NCBI GenBank assembly: GCA_035708265.1
Contig: DASSSV010000347.1
Coordinates: forward strand, 1-56,630
DNA length: 56,630 bases
Reading direction: 5' to 3'
Source of the DNA: Thermomicrobiales bacterium
Lineage (GTDB): Bacteria; Chloroflexota; Chloroflexia; Thermomicrobiales; CADCWN01
In this document: in pieces, positions 8,961 to 18,155 of the stretch
Layout of the letters: each line of letters starts with the position of its first letter
How positions within the stretch are numbered: the stretch's first letter is position 1
Translations under genes and position numbers: made by a program
Notes under the pieces: model-generated
The model's input: only the letters and a program-made list of their open reading frames with translations
The model's database searches: none
What the model was told of the DNA's origin: nothing

Positions 8961-9962
8961 ATGGCACAGGCGACGCTCGCGCCGGCGACCCCGTGGAGCG
9001 GACTGCGCAGCCAGTTCCTCGAATCCCGCGACCCCGCGGACCAGGTCCACATCTTCGACCTGAGCGCCCGCGCCGCGCAGGTGCTGCACCGCTGGGCCGC
9101 GCGCTACCCCCTGATCCGCCGCGTGCGCGTCTGGCCGCTGGCGCTCTCGGTCGCCGCGGCCGCCCCCTACAGCAGCGTCGAGGCGCTGATCGCCACGGCC
9201 CGGCTGAGCCTGTGGGTCTTCACGCTCGACGACCTCTTCGACGAGGAGCGCGTGCCGCGCGCCGAGTTGATGCGCCGCGCTGAACGCTACCGCGCCATCG
9301 CCCGCGGGCGCCCGACGCCGGCGACCCGCGACAGCCTGGCCACGGCACTCGCCGAGGTGCGCGACGACCTGGCCCGCTACCCGCTCTTCGCCGCCCTCGG
9401 CGAGGAGTGGGCCGAGGCGCTCTGCGGCACGATCGACGGCATGACGCACGAGTACGAGTGGCGGCTCTCCTACCGGCAGGACCACGGCGCGCCGCTGCCG
9501 ACCTACGAGGAATATCTGGTCCCCGGCCGGTTCAGCATCGGCGGCCCGCCGCACGTCTGGGCCGCCCTGATCGCGACCGACGACCCCTCGACGCCGCGCC
9601 ACCTCGACCACCTGCGGCCGATGGAGCGGATCGCCTCGACCTGCATCCGCCTGGCCAACGACCTCCAGAGCCACGCCAAAGAGTTGGGCGAGAGCAAGAT
9701 CAACGCGCTCGTGCTGCTCACGCGGGCCTATGGCCGGCTCGGGCTACCCGCCGCCGAGGCGGCGCAGCGGGCCGAACGGCGCGTCCGGGTGGACATCGCC
9801 AGCGGGCTGACCGCGCTGGCGGAGCTCCAGGTGGACGCGCGGACGCAGACGCGGCGGCCGGAGGCGGCCATCGCCGACATCGCCCGCTTCGTCTGCGATT
9901 TCTACCGCACGCACGACTACCACACCTTCGTGATGGGCCGCACGTCGGAGACGGGGGCATAG
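8961..9962 (+). CDS. Class I (ionisation-dependent) terpene synthase
   Basis: ATG 8961 (MAQATLAPAT...). It carries the DDLFD (DDxxD) motif and NDLQSHAKE (NSE/DTE metal-binding motif). The upstream part of the track ORF (8661-8960) crosses the repeat element and is likely non-coding. Confidence 0.75.
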   Translation: MAQATLAPATPWSGLRSQFLESRDPADQVHIFDLSARAAQVLHRWAARYPLIRRVRVWPLALSVAAAAPYSSVEALIATARLSLWVFTLDDLFDEERVPRAELMRRAERYRAIARGRPTPATRDSLATALAEVRDDLARYPLFAALGEEWAEALCGTIDGMTHEYEWRLSYRQDHGAPLPTYEEYLVPGRFSIGGPPHVWAALIATDDPSTPRHLDHLRPMERIASTCIRLANDLQSHAKELGESKINALVLLTRAYGRLGLPAAEAAQRAERRVRVDIASGLTALAELQVDARTQTRRPEAAIADIARFVCDFYRTHDYHTFVMGRTSETGA

Positions 9963-9966
9963 CGCG

Positions 9967-11526
9967 ATGGTGGCGATCGCGACGGCGCCGGCCTCGAGCG
10001 TCCTCGGCGCGCCCGGCGCGCGCCCCGGCATCGCCGGGACGGCCTACGACACCGCCTGGCTGGCGGGCGTGCCCGACCCGGCCGACCCCGGCGCGCCGCG
10101 CTTCCCGGCCGCGCTGGCCTGGCTGGTCGAGCACCAGCGGCCGGACGGGAGTTGGGGCGGCGCGGTGCGCTACGAGCACGACCGCGTCCTCGGCACGCTG
10201 GCCGCGCTCGGATCGCTGGCGGCCTTCGGCCGGCGCGCGGAGGACCGCGAGGCGGTGGCGCGCGGCACGCGCTACCTCTGGCAGCGCGGGCACCTGCTGG
10301 CCGGCGAGCCGGTCGAGCCGGTCGGCTGCGAGCTCCTGCTCCCCGCGCTGGTCGAGCGGGCGCGACACGCGGGGGTGCCGGTGCCGCCGCACCTGGACAT
10401 CTACGGCCGCGAGCGGGCGGAGAAGTTGCGGCTGCTCCCGCCCGACGCGCTCTACTCGCCGCGCGTGACGGTCGTCCACTCGCTCGAATTCCTCGGCGAC
10501 GCGGGGGACCTCGCGGGGCTGCGCGCGGCGCGGGGCGCCAACGGCGCGCTCGGCAATTCGCCCGCCGCGACGGCCTACTACCTCGCCCGCACCGACGACC
10601 CCCGCGCGCTGGCCTACCTGGAGGACTGCCTGGCGCGCAACGGCGGCGCGACCGCGCCGGTGCTGCACCCTTGCGAGACCTTCGAGCTCCTCTGGGCGGC
10701 GTATCACCTCTTCCTGGCCGGGGCGCCGGCCGCGCGACTGCTCGGCCGCGCCGACCGCGCGACGCTCGCCGCCGCGCTGCGGGCCGACGGCGTCAGCCTG
10801 TCGCCGACCTTCCCCATCGCCGACGCCGACGACACGGCGGTGGCGCTGCTCCTCCTGCACGAGTTGGGCGAGCCGGTCGCCCCCGGCGTGCTGGCGCGCT
10901 TCGCGCTGGGGCCGGGCGGCTGCTTCGCCAGTTTCCCGCACGAGCGGCACGCCTCGGTCGGGGTCAACCTGCACGCCCTGCACGCGATCGCGCGGGTGCC
11001 GGGCTACCGCGACCGCGAGCGCACAATGGCACGCCTGCTCGACTACCTCGCCGGCGAACAGCGCGGCGGCCTCTACTGGCTCGACAAGTGGCACATCTCG
11101 CCCTTCTACGCCACCGCGCACGCCCTCTGCGTCCTGGCCGACCTGCCGCCCGACCTGGCCGCGCGGGCCGCGCCGCTGGCCGACCGCGCGCGCGAGTGGG
11201 TGCGCCAGACGCAGAACGCCGACGGCTCCTGGGGCTTCTACGGCGAGCCGACCGCCGAGGAGACCGCCTACGGCGTGCTGGCGCTGGCGCGCGGGGCGGC
11301 GGACAGGCCGTCGGCACGCGACCGGCGGCGCTGCGCGGCCGGGCTGCGCTACCTGCGCACGCTCGACGCCGCCACCGCCGGCACGGAGGACTACCCACCG
11401 CTCTGGATCGACAAGTGCCTCTACACGCCGACGCTGGTCGTGCGGGCGACGATCGCGGCGGCGCTGGCCGTCGCCCGGGGCGGGCGCACGACGCTCGATG
11501 GGGAAGCGAAGGGAGCGGGCCGATGA
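9967..11526 (+). CDS. Class II (protonation-dependent) diterpene cyclase, copalyl/kolavenyl/terpentedienyl-diphosphate-synthase-like
   Basis: The DxDD motif appears as IADADDTA. QW-like repeats are QRPDGSWGG and QNADGSWGFYG, and NSPAATAYYL is also present. It starts 4 nt after the class I synthase stop. Confidence 0.75.
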   Translation: MVAIATAPASSVLGAPGARPGIAGTAYDTAWLAGVPDPADPGAPRFPAALAWLVEHQRPDGSWGGAVRYEHDRVLGTLAALGSLAAFGRRAEDREAVARGTRYLWQRGHLLAGEPVEPVGCELLLPALVERARHAGVPVPPHLDIYGRERAEKLRLLPPDALYSPRVTVVHSLEFLGDAGDLAGLRAARGANGALGNSPAATAYYLARTDDPRALAYLEDCLARNGGATAPVLHPCETFELLWAAYHLFLAGAPAARLLGRADRATLAAALRADGVSLSPTFPIADADDTAVALLLLHELGEPVAPGVLARFALGPGGCFASFPHERHASVGVNLHALHAIARVPGYRDRERTMARLLDYLAGEQRGGLYWLDKWHISPFYATAHALCVLADLPPDLAARAAPLADRAREWVRQTQNADGSWGFYGEPTAEETAYGVLALARGAADRPSARDRRRCAAGLRYLRTLDAATAGTEDYPPLWIDKCLYTPTLVVRATIAAALAVARGGRTTLDGEAKGAGR

Positions 11527-11951
11527 TTGAACGGACGGACGAGCCGGCGGGGCGGGATCGCATCCTCCTGGTGGACGACGAACCCTACATCCTGAGGTCG
11601 CTGAGTTACCTCCTCACCCGCGAGGGCTACGCGGTGGCGACCGCCAGCAACGGCGAGGAGGGCCTGGCGCGGCTGCGCGCGGTGCGGCCGCGCCTGGTCT
11701 TCCTCGACATCATGATGCCGCGGATGAATGGCTACGAGGTCTGCGAGCAGATCAAGCAGGACCCGGCGACGGCCGATACCTACGTCATCATGCTCAGCGC
11801 GAAGGGCCAGCAGATCGACCGCGAGCGCGGGCTCCTGGGCGGCGCCGACGAGTACATGACCAAGCCGTTCAGCCCGCGCGAGGTCGCCCAGCGCGTCCGG
11901 GAGATTTTCGCGCGCGACGGCGCGGCGGCCGCGCCGGTGGCGGGCCCGTGA
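11523..11951 (+). CDS. Stand-alone response regulator receiver domain (CheY-like)
   Basis: ILLVDDEPYI...FLDIMMPRMNGYEV...MLSAKG...YMTKPF. Its ATG overlaps the stop of the cyclase gene (ATGA). Confidence 0.85.
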   Translation: MIERTDEPAGRDRILLVDDEPYILRSLSYLLTREGYAVATASNGEEGLARLRAVRPRLVFLDIMMPRMNGYEVCEQIKQDPATADTYVIMLSAKGQQIDRERGLLGGADEYMTKPFSPREVAQRVREIFARDGAAAAPVAGP

Positions 11952-13801
11952 TGTCGACCTATCAGCGCTTGCTGGCCGCCGGCATCCGGTTGTGGCAGGG
12001 GCCGCCGGCCTTCCCGCGGTCGTTGCAGCTCGAGTGGCGCTTCGTGATCGTCCGCTGGCTGGGCATCGGCATCATGACGCCGGGCCTCCTGCTGGCGCAC
12101 CTCGGCTCGGGGCGGACGGTGGCGGGGTACGCGGTCCTCCTGCTGGCCGCGGTCTACAACGCCGTCGTACAGGTCGTGCTGTTGCGGCGCCCGGCGATCT
12201 TCGCCAGCGGCTACATCACCGTGATCGGCGACGCCCTGCTCAACATCGCCATGATCAACATCGGCGGGGGCTTCGACTCGCCGTTCTACTATCTCCTCTT
12301 CACCGCGACGATCTCGGCCGCGATGCGCTACGGCTACGGCCCCTCGCTGGCGACGGTGACGATCTTCGTCGCCCTCGACGGCGTGGAGGGGCGGCTGGGC
12401 CGGCACGCGCTCGACGGCATCTACGTCTTCCGCTCCGGCTTCCTCTTCATCACGGTGGTCCTGGCCGGCTACCTCAGCGAGCAGGCGCGGCGCGCCGAGG
12501 CGGCGCTGCAGGAGCGCCTGCGCCAGGCCGACCTCCTCAATCGCTCCACCGCGCTGCTCGGCGCGAGCCTTGAGTTCGAGCGGGTGCTGCACGCCGTCGC
12601 CGCGGCCGCCTGCCGCCTCTTCGACGGCGCGAGCGTCGCCCTGCGCCCGGCCGCCAACCTGGCCGAGCGCGCAGGCATCGAGGCGGCCGCCATCGAGCAC
12701 CCCTGCCCCGGCACCGGCGAGGCGGCGCGCGCGGGGCTGGTCGCCCTCTGCGACCGCTACGCAGGCGCAGCCTATCGACCGCGCGAGGCGCGCGACCGGC
12801 TCGGCGCACGCGAGCGGCTGCCCTCGGGCGAGCAGGCGCTGGTCTTCAACCTGGCCTTGCCGACCCGCCCGACCGCGCTGGCGACGCTCGCGGTGGGCCT
12901 GCCGGCCGGGCGACCGGCGCCCGCGCTCGACCCCGACATCCTCGACTCCTTCGTCGAGCGGACGACGCTGGCGCTCGAGAACGCCGGACTCTACCGCACG
13001 CTCGCCAGCCGCACCGACGACCTCCAGCGCGCCTACAGCGACCTGGCGATCGCGCACCAGGAGCTCCTCAGCGTCGACGAGATGAAGACCAATTTCCTGG
13101 CGAACGTGTCGCACGAGCTGCGCACGCCGCTCAGTTCGATCCGCTCCTTCTCCGAACTCCTCCTCTCCTACGACGACGACGTCAGCGTCCAGCAGGAGTT
13201 CCTGGGCATCATCAACCAGGAGAGCGAACGCCTGACCCGGCTGGTCAACGACGTGCTCGACATCACCAAGATCGAGGCGGGCCAGTTGCATTGGGACATG
13301 CAGGCGCTCGACGTGGCGACCCTCCTGCACGATAGCGCCCGCACCTACGCCCCCCTGATCCAGGAGCAGGGGCTGACCTTCCGGCGGGAGATCGCCGACG
13401 ACCTCCCAGCGATCTGCGCCGACCGCGACCGCCTGCAGCAGGTGATCGCCAACCTCCTGGTCAACGCGATGAAGTTCACCCCGGCCGGGACGGTCCGGCT
13501 CGCCGCGCGGGCCGGCGGCGGGGAGGTCCGCATCGCCGTGTCCGACACCGGCATCGGGATCGCGCCGCAGGACCGCGAGCGCATCTTCGAGAAGTTCCAG
13601 CAGGTCGGCGAGACGCTCACCGGCAAGCCCAAGGGGACGGGCCTCGGCCTGGCGATCTGTCGGGACATCGTCGCCCATCACGGGGGCCGCCTCTGGGTGG
13701 AGTCGCGCCTCGGCGCCGGCAGCACGTTCATCGTCGCGCTGCCGGCCCTCCCCGTCGCGATCCCGACAGCGGAGGCGGCCCTGATCAGTGCCGAGCGATG
13801 A
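11948..13801 (+). CDS. Membrane sensor histidine kinase (multi-TM, GAF-like, HisKA, HATPase_c)
   Basis: The H-box is FLANVSHELRTPLSSI and the G-boxes are DTGIGI and GTGLGLAI. The start GTGATG overlaps the receiver stop. The stop TGA 13799-13801 is inside the heptad array. Confidence 0.85.
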   Translation: MMSTYQRLLAAGIRLWQGPPAFPRSLQLEWRFVIVRWLGIGIMTPGLLLAHLGSGRTVAGYAVLLLAAVYNAVVQVVLLRRPAIFASGYITVIGDALLNIAMINIGGGFDSPFYYLLFTATISAAMRYGYGPSLATVTIFVALDGVEGRLGRHALDGIYVFRSGFLFITVVLAGYLSEQARRAEAALQERLRQADLLNRSTALLGASLEFERVLHAVAAAACRLFDGASVALRPAANLAERAGIEAAAIEHPCPGTGEAARAGLVALCDRYAGAAYRPREARDRLGARERLPSGEQALVFNLALPTRPTALATLAVGLPAGRPAPALDPDILDSFVERTTLALENAGLYRTLASRTDDLQRAYSDLAIAHQELLSVDEMKTNFLANVSHELRTPLSSIRSFSELLLSYDDDVSVQQEFLGIINQESERLTRLVNDVLDITKIEAGQLHWDMQALDVATLLHDSARTYAPLIQEQGLTFRREIADDLPAICADRDRLQQVIANLLVNAMKFTPAGTVRLAARAGGGEVRIAVSDTGIGIAPQDRERIFEKFQQVGETLTGKPKGTGLGLAICRDIVAHHGGRLWVESRLGAGSTFIVALPALPVAIPTAEAALISAER

Positions 13802-13906
13802 GCGACGAGGGGAGTGACGAGTGACGAGTGACGAGTGACGAGGGGACTGGGGGAACGCTCGTCCGTCCTCCGTCCTCCGTCTCGCTCATCGCTCATCGCT
13901 CATCAC
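13793..13906. repeat. Heptad hairpin element (GAGCGAT, GAGCGAC, GTGACGA x4 / CCTCCGT x2, CTCATCG x3)
   Basis: Tandem 7-nt units are read directly. GAGCGATGAGCGACGAG pairs with CTCGCTCATCGCTCATCGCTC. Confidence 0.85.
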
Positions 13907-13926
13907 CGGAGTGGGAGGGAGCGGAG

Positions 13927-15846
13927 ATGGCCGCGGTGATGGTGGCGAACGGCCTGGCGGCGGACGTGGAGCCGAACGAGTGCGGCACGTGGGCCTGCCC
14001 GCTGACGGCGGCGCAGGTGCGCGAGATCCTGGCGCCGGGGCTGGCCGGGCCGGTCGTCGCGCTCGGACTGGCGTCGCCCGACGGGCCGGTGTACGCGCGG
14101 GCCGCGCGGGCGCATGGCGAGCGCGGCCCGGCCGTCGAGGTGGTCGCGCCGGTGGTGGTGCAAGGCACCGCGGTCGCGGCCGTGCGGGTGACGGGGGCAG
14201 GCGCGGAACGCGAGCGCGTCGAGGCGGTGGCGCGCCTGACCGCGGCGTACGTCTCGGCCGCCTGGCAGGCCGCCCGCGAGATCGACAGCCTGGCCGGCGA
14301 GGTCGTCCACGCCTACGAAGAACTCCACCTCCTCTACGAGCTCGGCGCTGCCCTGACGGGCCAGCTCACCGTCGCGCGGGCGGCGGACCTGATCCTGGCG
14401 AAGATCCTGAACGTGCTGCACGCGACCGACGCCGAGCTGGTCGTGGACGACCCGGCCGGGCCGGTGCGCGTCCGGCGCGGCGCGGGGCCGGCCGGCGCCG
14501 GCGCGCAGCGCCTGGAGGCGCCGCTGCAGAACAACGGTCAGCGCCTCGGCGCGATCGTCCTGGCGCGCCCGCGCGACGCCGCGCCCTTCTCCTCGGCCGA
14601 CGGCAAACTCCTCGACGCCGTCGGCGCCTTCGCCGGCAGCGCGATCCGCAACGCGCAGCTCTACCCGACGCTGCGCCGGCAGGCCGACACCGACGCACTG
14701 ACGGGCCTGGCGAACCACCGCGCGATCCAGGAGCGGCTCGACGAGGAGCTGGCGCACGCCGCCGCGGCCGGGCAACCGCTCGCCGTCCTGATGATCGACG
14801 TGGACGACTTCAAACTCTTCAACGACACCTACGGCCACTTGGTCGGCGACCAGATCCTGCGCCTCGCCAGCCGCACGCTCAAGGAGGCGTGCCGCGACAC
14901 CGACGTCATCGGCCGGTACGGCGGCGACGAGTTCATCGTGCTCCTGCCGGGGGCCGATCGGGCGGGAGCGAGCGACGCCGCGCACCGCATCCTGGCGCTG
15001 ATGGCCGCGCGCAGCGTCCGCGCGGCCGGGCAGGACCCGTTGCCCATCGCGCTCTCCATCGGGGTCGCGCTCTACCCCGACGACGCGACGCTCAAGCACG
15101 ACATTTTGAGCCACGCCGACGCCGCGCTCTACGAGACGAAGCGCAGCGGCGGCAACGGCGTGCGCCACCACCAGGGGATCGACGAGGTCGCGTACGCGCC
15201 GGTCGCCGAGGGCGCCTGCACGACCTTCAGCGCGCTCCAGGGCCTCGTCAACGCGGTGGACGCCAAGGATCGCTACACGCGCGACCACTCCGATGCGGTG
15301 ACCGAGGGGGCGCTGCTGCTGGCCGAGCGGCTGGGGCTGTCGCCCGAGGCGTGCGGGGCGCTCCGCATCGCCGGCCTCCTGCACGACGTCGGGAAGATCG
15401 GCATCCCCGACCGCATCCTGCGCAAGCCGGGGCGCCTCACCGACGAAGAATACCGGATCATGCAGCAGCACGTCTCGCTGTCCGAACTCATCATCAAGGA
15501 AGTGCCCTCGCTGGTGGACGTGCTGGGCGCGGTCGCCAGCCACCACGAGCGCTACGACGGCCGCGGCTACCCGCGCGGGCTGCGCGGCGAGGCGATCCCC
15601 CTCCTGGGCCGGATCATGGCGCTGGCCGACGCCTGCGCGGCGATGCTGCTCAATCGCCCCTACCGGCGCGGGCTGGGGTGGCCGGAGGTCGCCGCCGAGT
15701 TGCGGCGGGGGGCCGGCACGCAGTTCGACCCGGCGCTGGTCGAGCCGTTCATCGAGGCGATCGAACACTCAACCTACCTGACCGCCATCGCCCCGCAGCC
15801 GCCGGCCGGGCCGGCGCACAATCGGCAACTGGATAGGGAGCGCTAG
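13927..15846 (+). CDS. GAF-GGDEF-HD-GYP protein (c-di-GMP turnover)
   Basis: ATG 13927 follows GGGAGGGAGCGGAG. RYGGDEFIVLL gives the GGDEF motif. LLHDVGKIGIP and HHERYDGRGYPRGL give the HD-GYP motifs. Confidence 0.85.
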   Translation: MAAVMVANGLAADVEPNECGTWACPLTAAQVREILAPGLAGPVVALGLASPDGPVYARAARAHGERGPAVEVVAPVVVQGTAVAAVRVTGAGAERERVEAVARLTAAYVSAAWQAAREIDSLAGEVVHAYEELHLLYELGAALTGQLTVARAADLILAKILNVLHATDAELVVDDPAGPVRVRRGAGPAGAGAQRLEAPLQNNGQRLGAIVLARPRDAAPFSSADGKLLDAVGAFAGSAIRNAQLYPTLRRQADTDALTGLANHRAIQERLDEELAHAAAAGQPLAVLMIDVDDFKLFNDTYGHLVGDQILRLASRTLKEACRDTDVIGRYGGDEFIVLLPGADRAGASDAAHRILALMAARSVRAAGQDPLPIALSIGVALYPDDATLKHDILSHADAALYETKRSGGNGVRHHQGIDEVAYAPVAEGACTTFSALQGLVNAVDAKDRYTRDHSDAVTEGALLLAERLGLSPEACGALRIAGLLHDVGKIGIPDRILRKPGRLTDEEYRIMQQHVSLSELIIKEVPSLVDVLGAVASHHERYDGRGYPRGLRGEAIPLLGRIMALADACAAMLLNRPYRRGLGWPEVAAELRRGAGTQFDPALVEPFIEAIEHSTYLTAIAPQPPAGPAHNRQLDRER

Positions 15847-15858
15847 AGGAGACACGAT

Positions 15859-16440
15859 ATGCCCGCGATAACCCTGCTCGTAGAGTGCCCGGCCGCCACC
15901 GAAGAGTCCCCCGCCGCGCCCGTCATCTCACCCGCCAGCCCACCTGTGGAGGTGGCCCGCGCGACCGGCGACTTCGCCGTCCACGGCGAGACCTTCTCGC
16001 TCGTCACGGGCGGCGACACGCCCGCGTACCACGACCTGACCGAACTCGTGCGGGCGGTCGTCGCGCGCGCCGGGGTGGCGGCAGGGACGCTCCTGGTCAG
16101 CACGCGACACACCACCTGCGCGGTCGTGGTGCAGGAGCACGAGCCGCTGCTGTTGCGCGACATGGCCGACCGCCTGCGGCGCTACGCCGGCGCGCACGAG
16201 GACTACCGGCACAACGACTTCGCGGTGCGCACGGTCAACATGTGCGACGGCGAGTGCGCCAACGGCCACGCCCACTGTCAGCACCTCCTGCTCGGCGCCG
16301 CTGTAACCCTCCCGGTGCTCGACGGCCGGCCGGTGCTCGGCCTCTGGCAGCGCGTCTTCCTGGTCGAGCTGGACCGCCCCCGCCTGCGACACTACTCGGT
16401 GCAGGTGATGGGCGTGCGGGACGGAGACGATAGACGATAG
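15859..16440 (+). CDS. YjbQ/UPF0047 family protein (secondary thiamine-phosphate synthase-like) with an N-terminal extension
   Basis: STRHTTCAVVVQEHEP...DYRHND...GHAHCQHLLLG...LGLWQRVFLVELD matches the YjbQ family. The stop lies inside the CGATAGA heptads. Confidence 0.7.
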   Translation: MPAITLLVECPAATEESPAAPVISPASPPVEVARATGDFAVHGETFSLVTGGDTPAYHDLTELVRAVVARAGVAAGTLLVSTRHTTCAVVVQEHEPLLLRDMADRLRRYAGAHEDYRHNDFAVRTVNMCDGECANGHAHCQHLLLGAAVTLPVLDGRPVLGLWQRVFLVELDRPRLRHYSVQVMGVRDGDDRR

Positions 16441-16449
16441 ACGATAGAC
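16421..16449. repeat. Heptad array ACGGAGA CGATAGA x3
   Basis: Tandem 7-nt units at the yjbQ-like 3' end. Confidence 0.8.
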
Positions 16450-16633
16450 AGGCGGACTCGTACCGTTACGCACCTTCTGGATCCTTCTCGCACCTCTCGC
16501 CGGTAGGGAGATGTGCTGCGCGACGGCGCGGCGGGGAACGCCCCCGCCGCGCCGTTCGGTGTATAGTGGGACGCGTCGGCCGGCCACGCCGCCGACGGCC
16601 GGCCCGGCGCTGCGCGAGATGAGGAGGTGCGCG

Positions 16634-18004
16634 ATGGTCTTCCGCTCGATCAATCCCGCGACCGAAGAGGTGCTCGCCACCTACGAGCCGACCCCGCCCG
16701 ACCAGGTCGACGCCGCCCTCGCCGCGGCCCGCGACGCCTACGGCCACTGGCGCGAGCGCTCCTTCGCCGAGCGCGCCGCCCTCATGCGCCGCGCCGCCGA
16801 GGTGCTGCGCGCCGGCAAGGCCCGCTACGGCGGCCTCATCACCGCCGAGATGGGCAAGACGATCGGCGAGGCGGAGGCCGAGGTCGAGAAGTGCGCGCTC
16901 AACTGCGACTTCTACGCCGCGCGCGCCCAGCAATTCCTGGCCGACGAGCACGTCGCCTCGGCCGCGCGCGAGAGTTTCGTCGCCTTCGAGCCGCTCGGCG
17001 TGGTCCTCGCGATCATGCCCTGGAACTTCCCCTTCTGGCAGGTCTTCCGCTTCGCCGCCCCCGCGCTGATGGCCGGCAACACCGCCGTCCTCAAGCACGC
17101 CAGCAACGTCTCCGGCTGCGCGCTGGCGATCGAGGAGGTCTTCCGCGAGGCCGGTTTCCCGAAGGGTGTCTTCCGCACACTCCTGCTCGAGAGCAGGGAC
17201 GTCGACAAACTGATCGAGGACCCGCGCATCGCCGCCGTGACGCTGACCGGCAGCGACGCCGCCGGCAGCCAGGTCGCCGGGAAGGCCGGGCAGATGCTCA
17301 AGAAGACGGTCCTCGAACTCGGCGGCTCGGACCCCTTCATCGTCCTCGACGACGCCGACCTCGCGGCGGCCGCGGACGTCGCGGCGCGGGCGCGCTACCA
17401 GAACGCCGGGCAGAGTTGCATCGCCGCCAAGCGCTTCATCGTGGTCGAGTCCGTGGCCGACGAGTTCGCGGTGCGCCTCAAGGCCGCGGCCGAGGCGATC
17501 CCGGTCGGCGACCCGACCGACCGCGCGACCCGGATGGGCCCGCTGGCCCGCGCCGATCTCCTGGACGCGCTCGAACGGCAACTCGCCGCCTCCGTGCAGC
17601 GGGGCGCGAAGGTCATCGCCGGCGGCGAGCGCCTGCCGCGCCGGGGCTACTTCTTCCCGCCGACGATCGTCACCGACGTGACCGAGCGGATGCCGGTCTT
17701 CCGCGAGGAGACCTTCGGCCCGCTCGCCGCGGTGATCCGCGTGCCCGACACCCACGCGGCCATCGCCACGGCCAACGACTCGCAATTCGGCCTCGGCGGC
17801 AACCTCTGGACGCGCGACGTCGAGCGCGGCAAGGCGCTGGCGCGGCAGATCGAGTCGGGCTCGGTCTTCATCAACGGCATGACCGCCTCGAATCCGCTCC
17901 TGCCGTTCGGCGGCGTCAAGCGCAGCGGCTACGGCCGCGAGCTGTCGAGCTTCGGCATCCGCGAGTTCACCAACGTGCAGACGATCTGGGTCGAGCAGGG
18001 GTAG
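16634..18004 (+). CDS. NAD(P)-dependent aldehyde dehydrogenase (succinate-semialdehyde dehydrogenase-like)
   Basis: ATG 16634 follows GAGGAGG. FRSINPATEEV..., the FPFWQV motif, ELGGSDPFIV and EETFGPL are typical of the ALDH superfamily. Confidence 0.85.
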   Translation: MVFRSINPATEEVLATYEPTPPDQVDAALAAARDAYGHWRERSFAERAALMRRAAEVLRAGKARYGGLITAEMGKTIGEAEAEVEKCALNCDFYAARAQQFLADEHVASAARESFVAFEPLGVVLAIMPWNFPFWQVFRFAAPALMAGNTAVLKHASNVSGCALAIEEVFREAGFPKGVFRTLLLESRDVDKLIEDPRIAAVTLTGSDAAGSQVAGKAGQMLKKTVLELGGSDPFIVLDDADLAAAADVAARARYQNAGQSCIAAKRFIVVESVADEFAVRLKAAAEAIPVGDPTDRATRMGPLARADLLDALERQLAASVQRGAKVIAGGERLPRRGYFFPPTIVTDVTERMPVFREETFGPLAAVIRVPDTHAAIATANDSQFGLGGNLWTRDVERGKALARQIESGSVFINGMTASNPLLPFGGVKRSGYGRELSSFGIREFTNVQTIWVEQG

Positions 18005-18054
18005 CGCCCGCCGGGCCGAGAAGGGTTCCGCGATATCTCGCCAGACATGGCGAC

Positions 18055-18102
18055 GGGGGACAGCGAGGTGGACGGCGGCTAACGTCCACCTCGCTGTCCC
18101 CC
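18055..18102 (+). terminator. Perfect 20-bp stem hairpin after the aldehyde dehydrogenase gene
   Basis: GGGGGACAGCGAGGTGGACG, loop GCGGCTAA, then CGTCCACCTCGCTGTCCCCC. There is no U-tract, so its function as an intrinsic terminator is inferred only. Confidence 0.45.
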
Positions 18103-18155
18103 GTGGGGTATACTCTTCGGCAGGACGGTAGGCACGACGTGAGACAAGGTGAGCC

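Noticed and set aside
6411-9674. A 1087-aa reverse-strand ORF. Similar very long ORFs include 867-3158, 4525-6345, 11780-13681, 13903-15768, 16466-18163, 22003-23262, 24597-25841, 26029-28452, 34629-36353, 38915-40423, 46379-49294 and 54781-56445.
   Set aside because: They are Arg/Ala/Gly/Pro-rich and have no recognisable domains. Each lies antisense or out of frame to a gene with clear family motifs. This is the typical stop-codon-poor shadow ORF of very GC-rich DNA.
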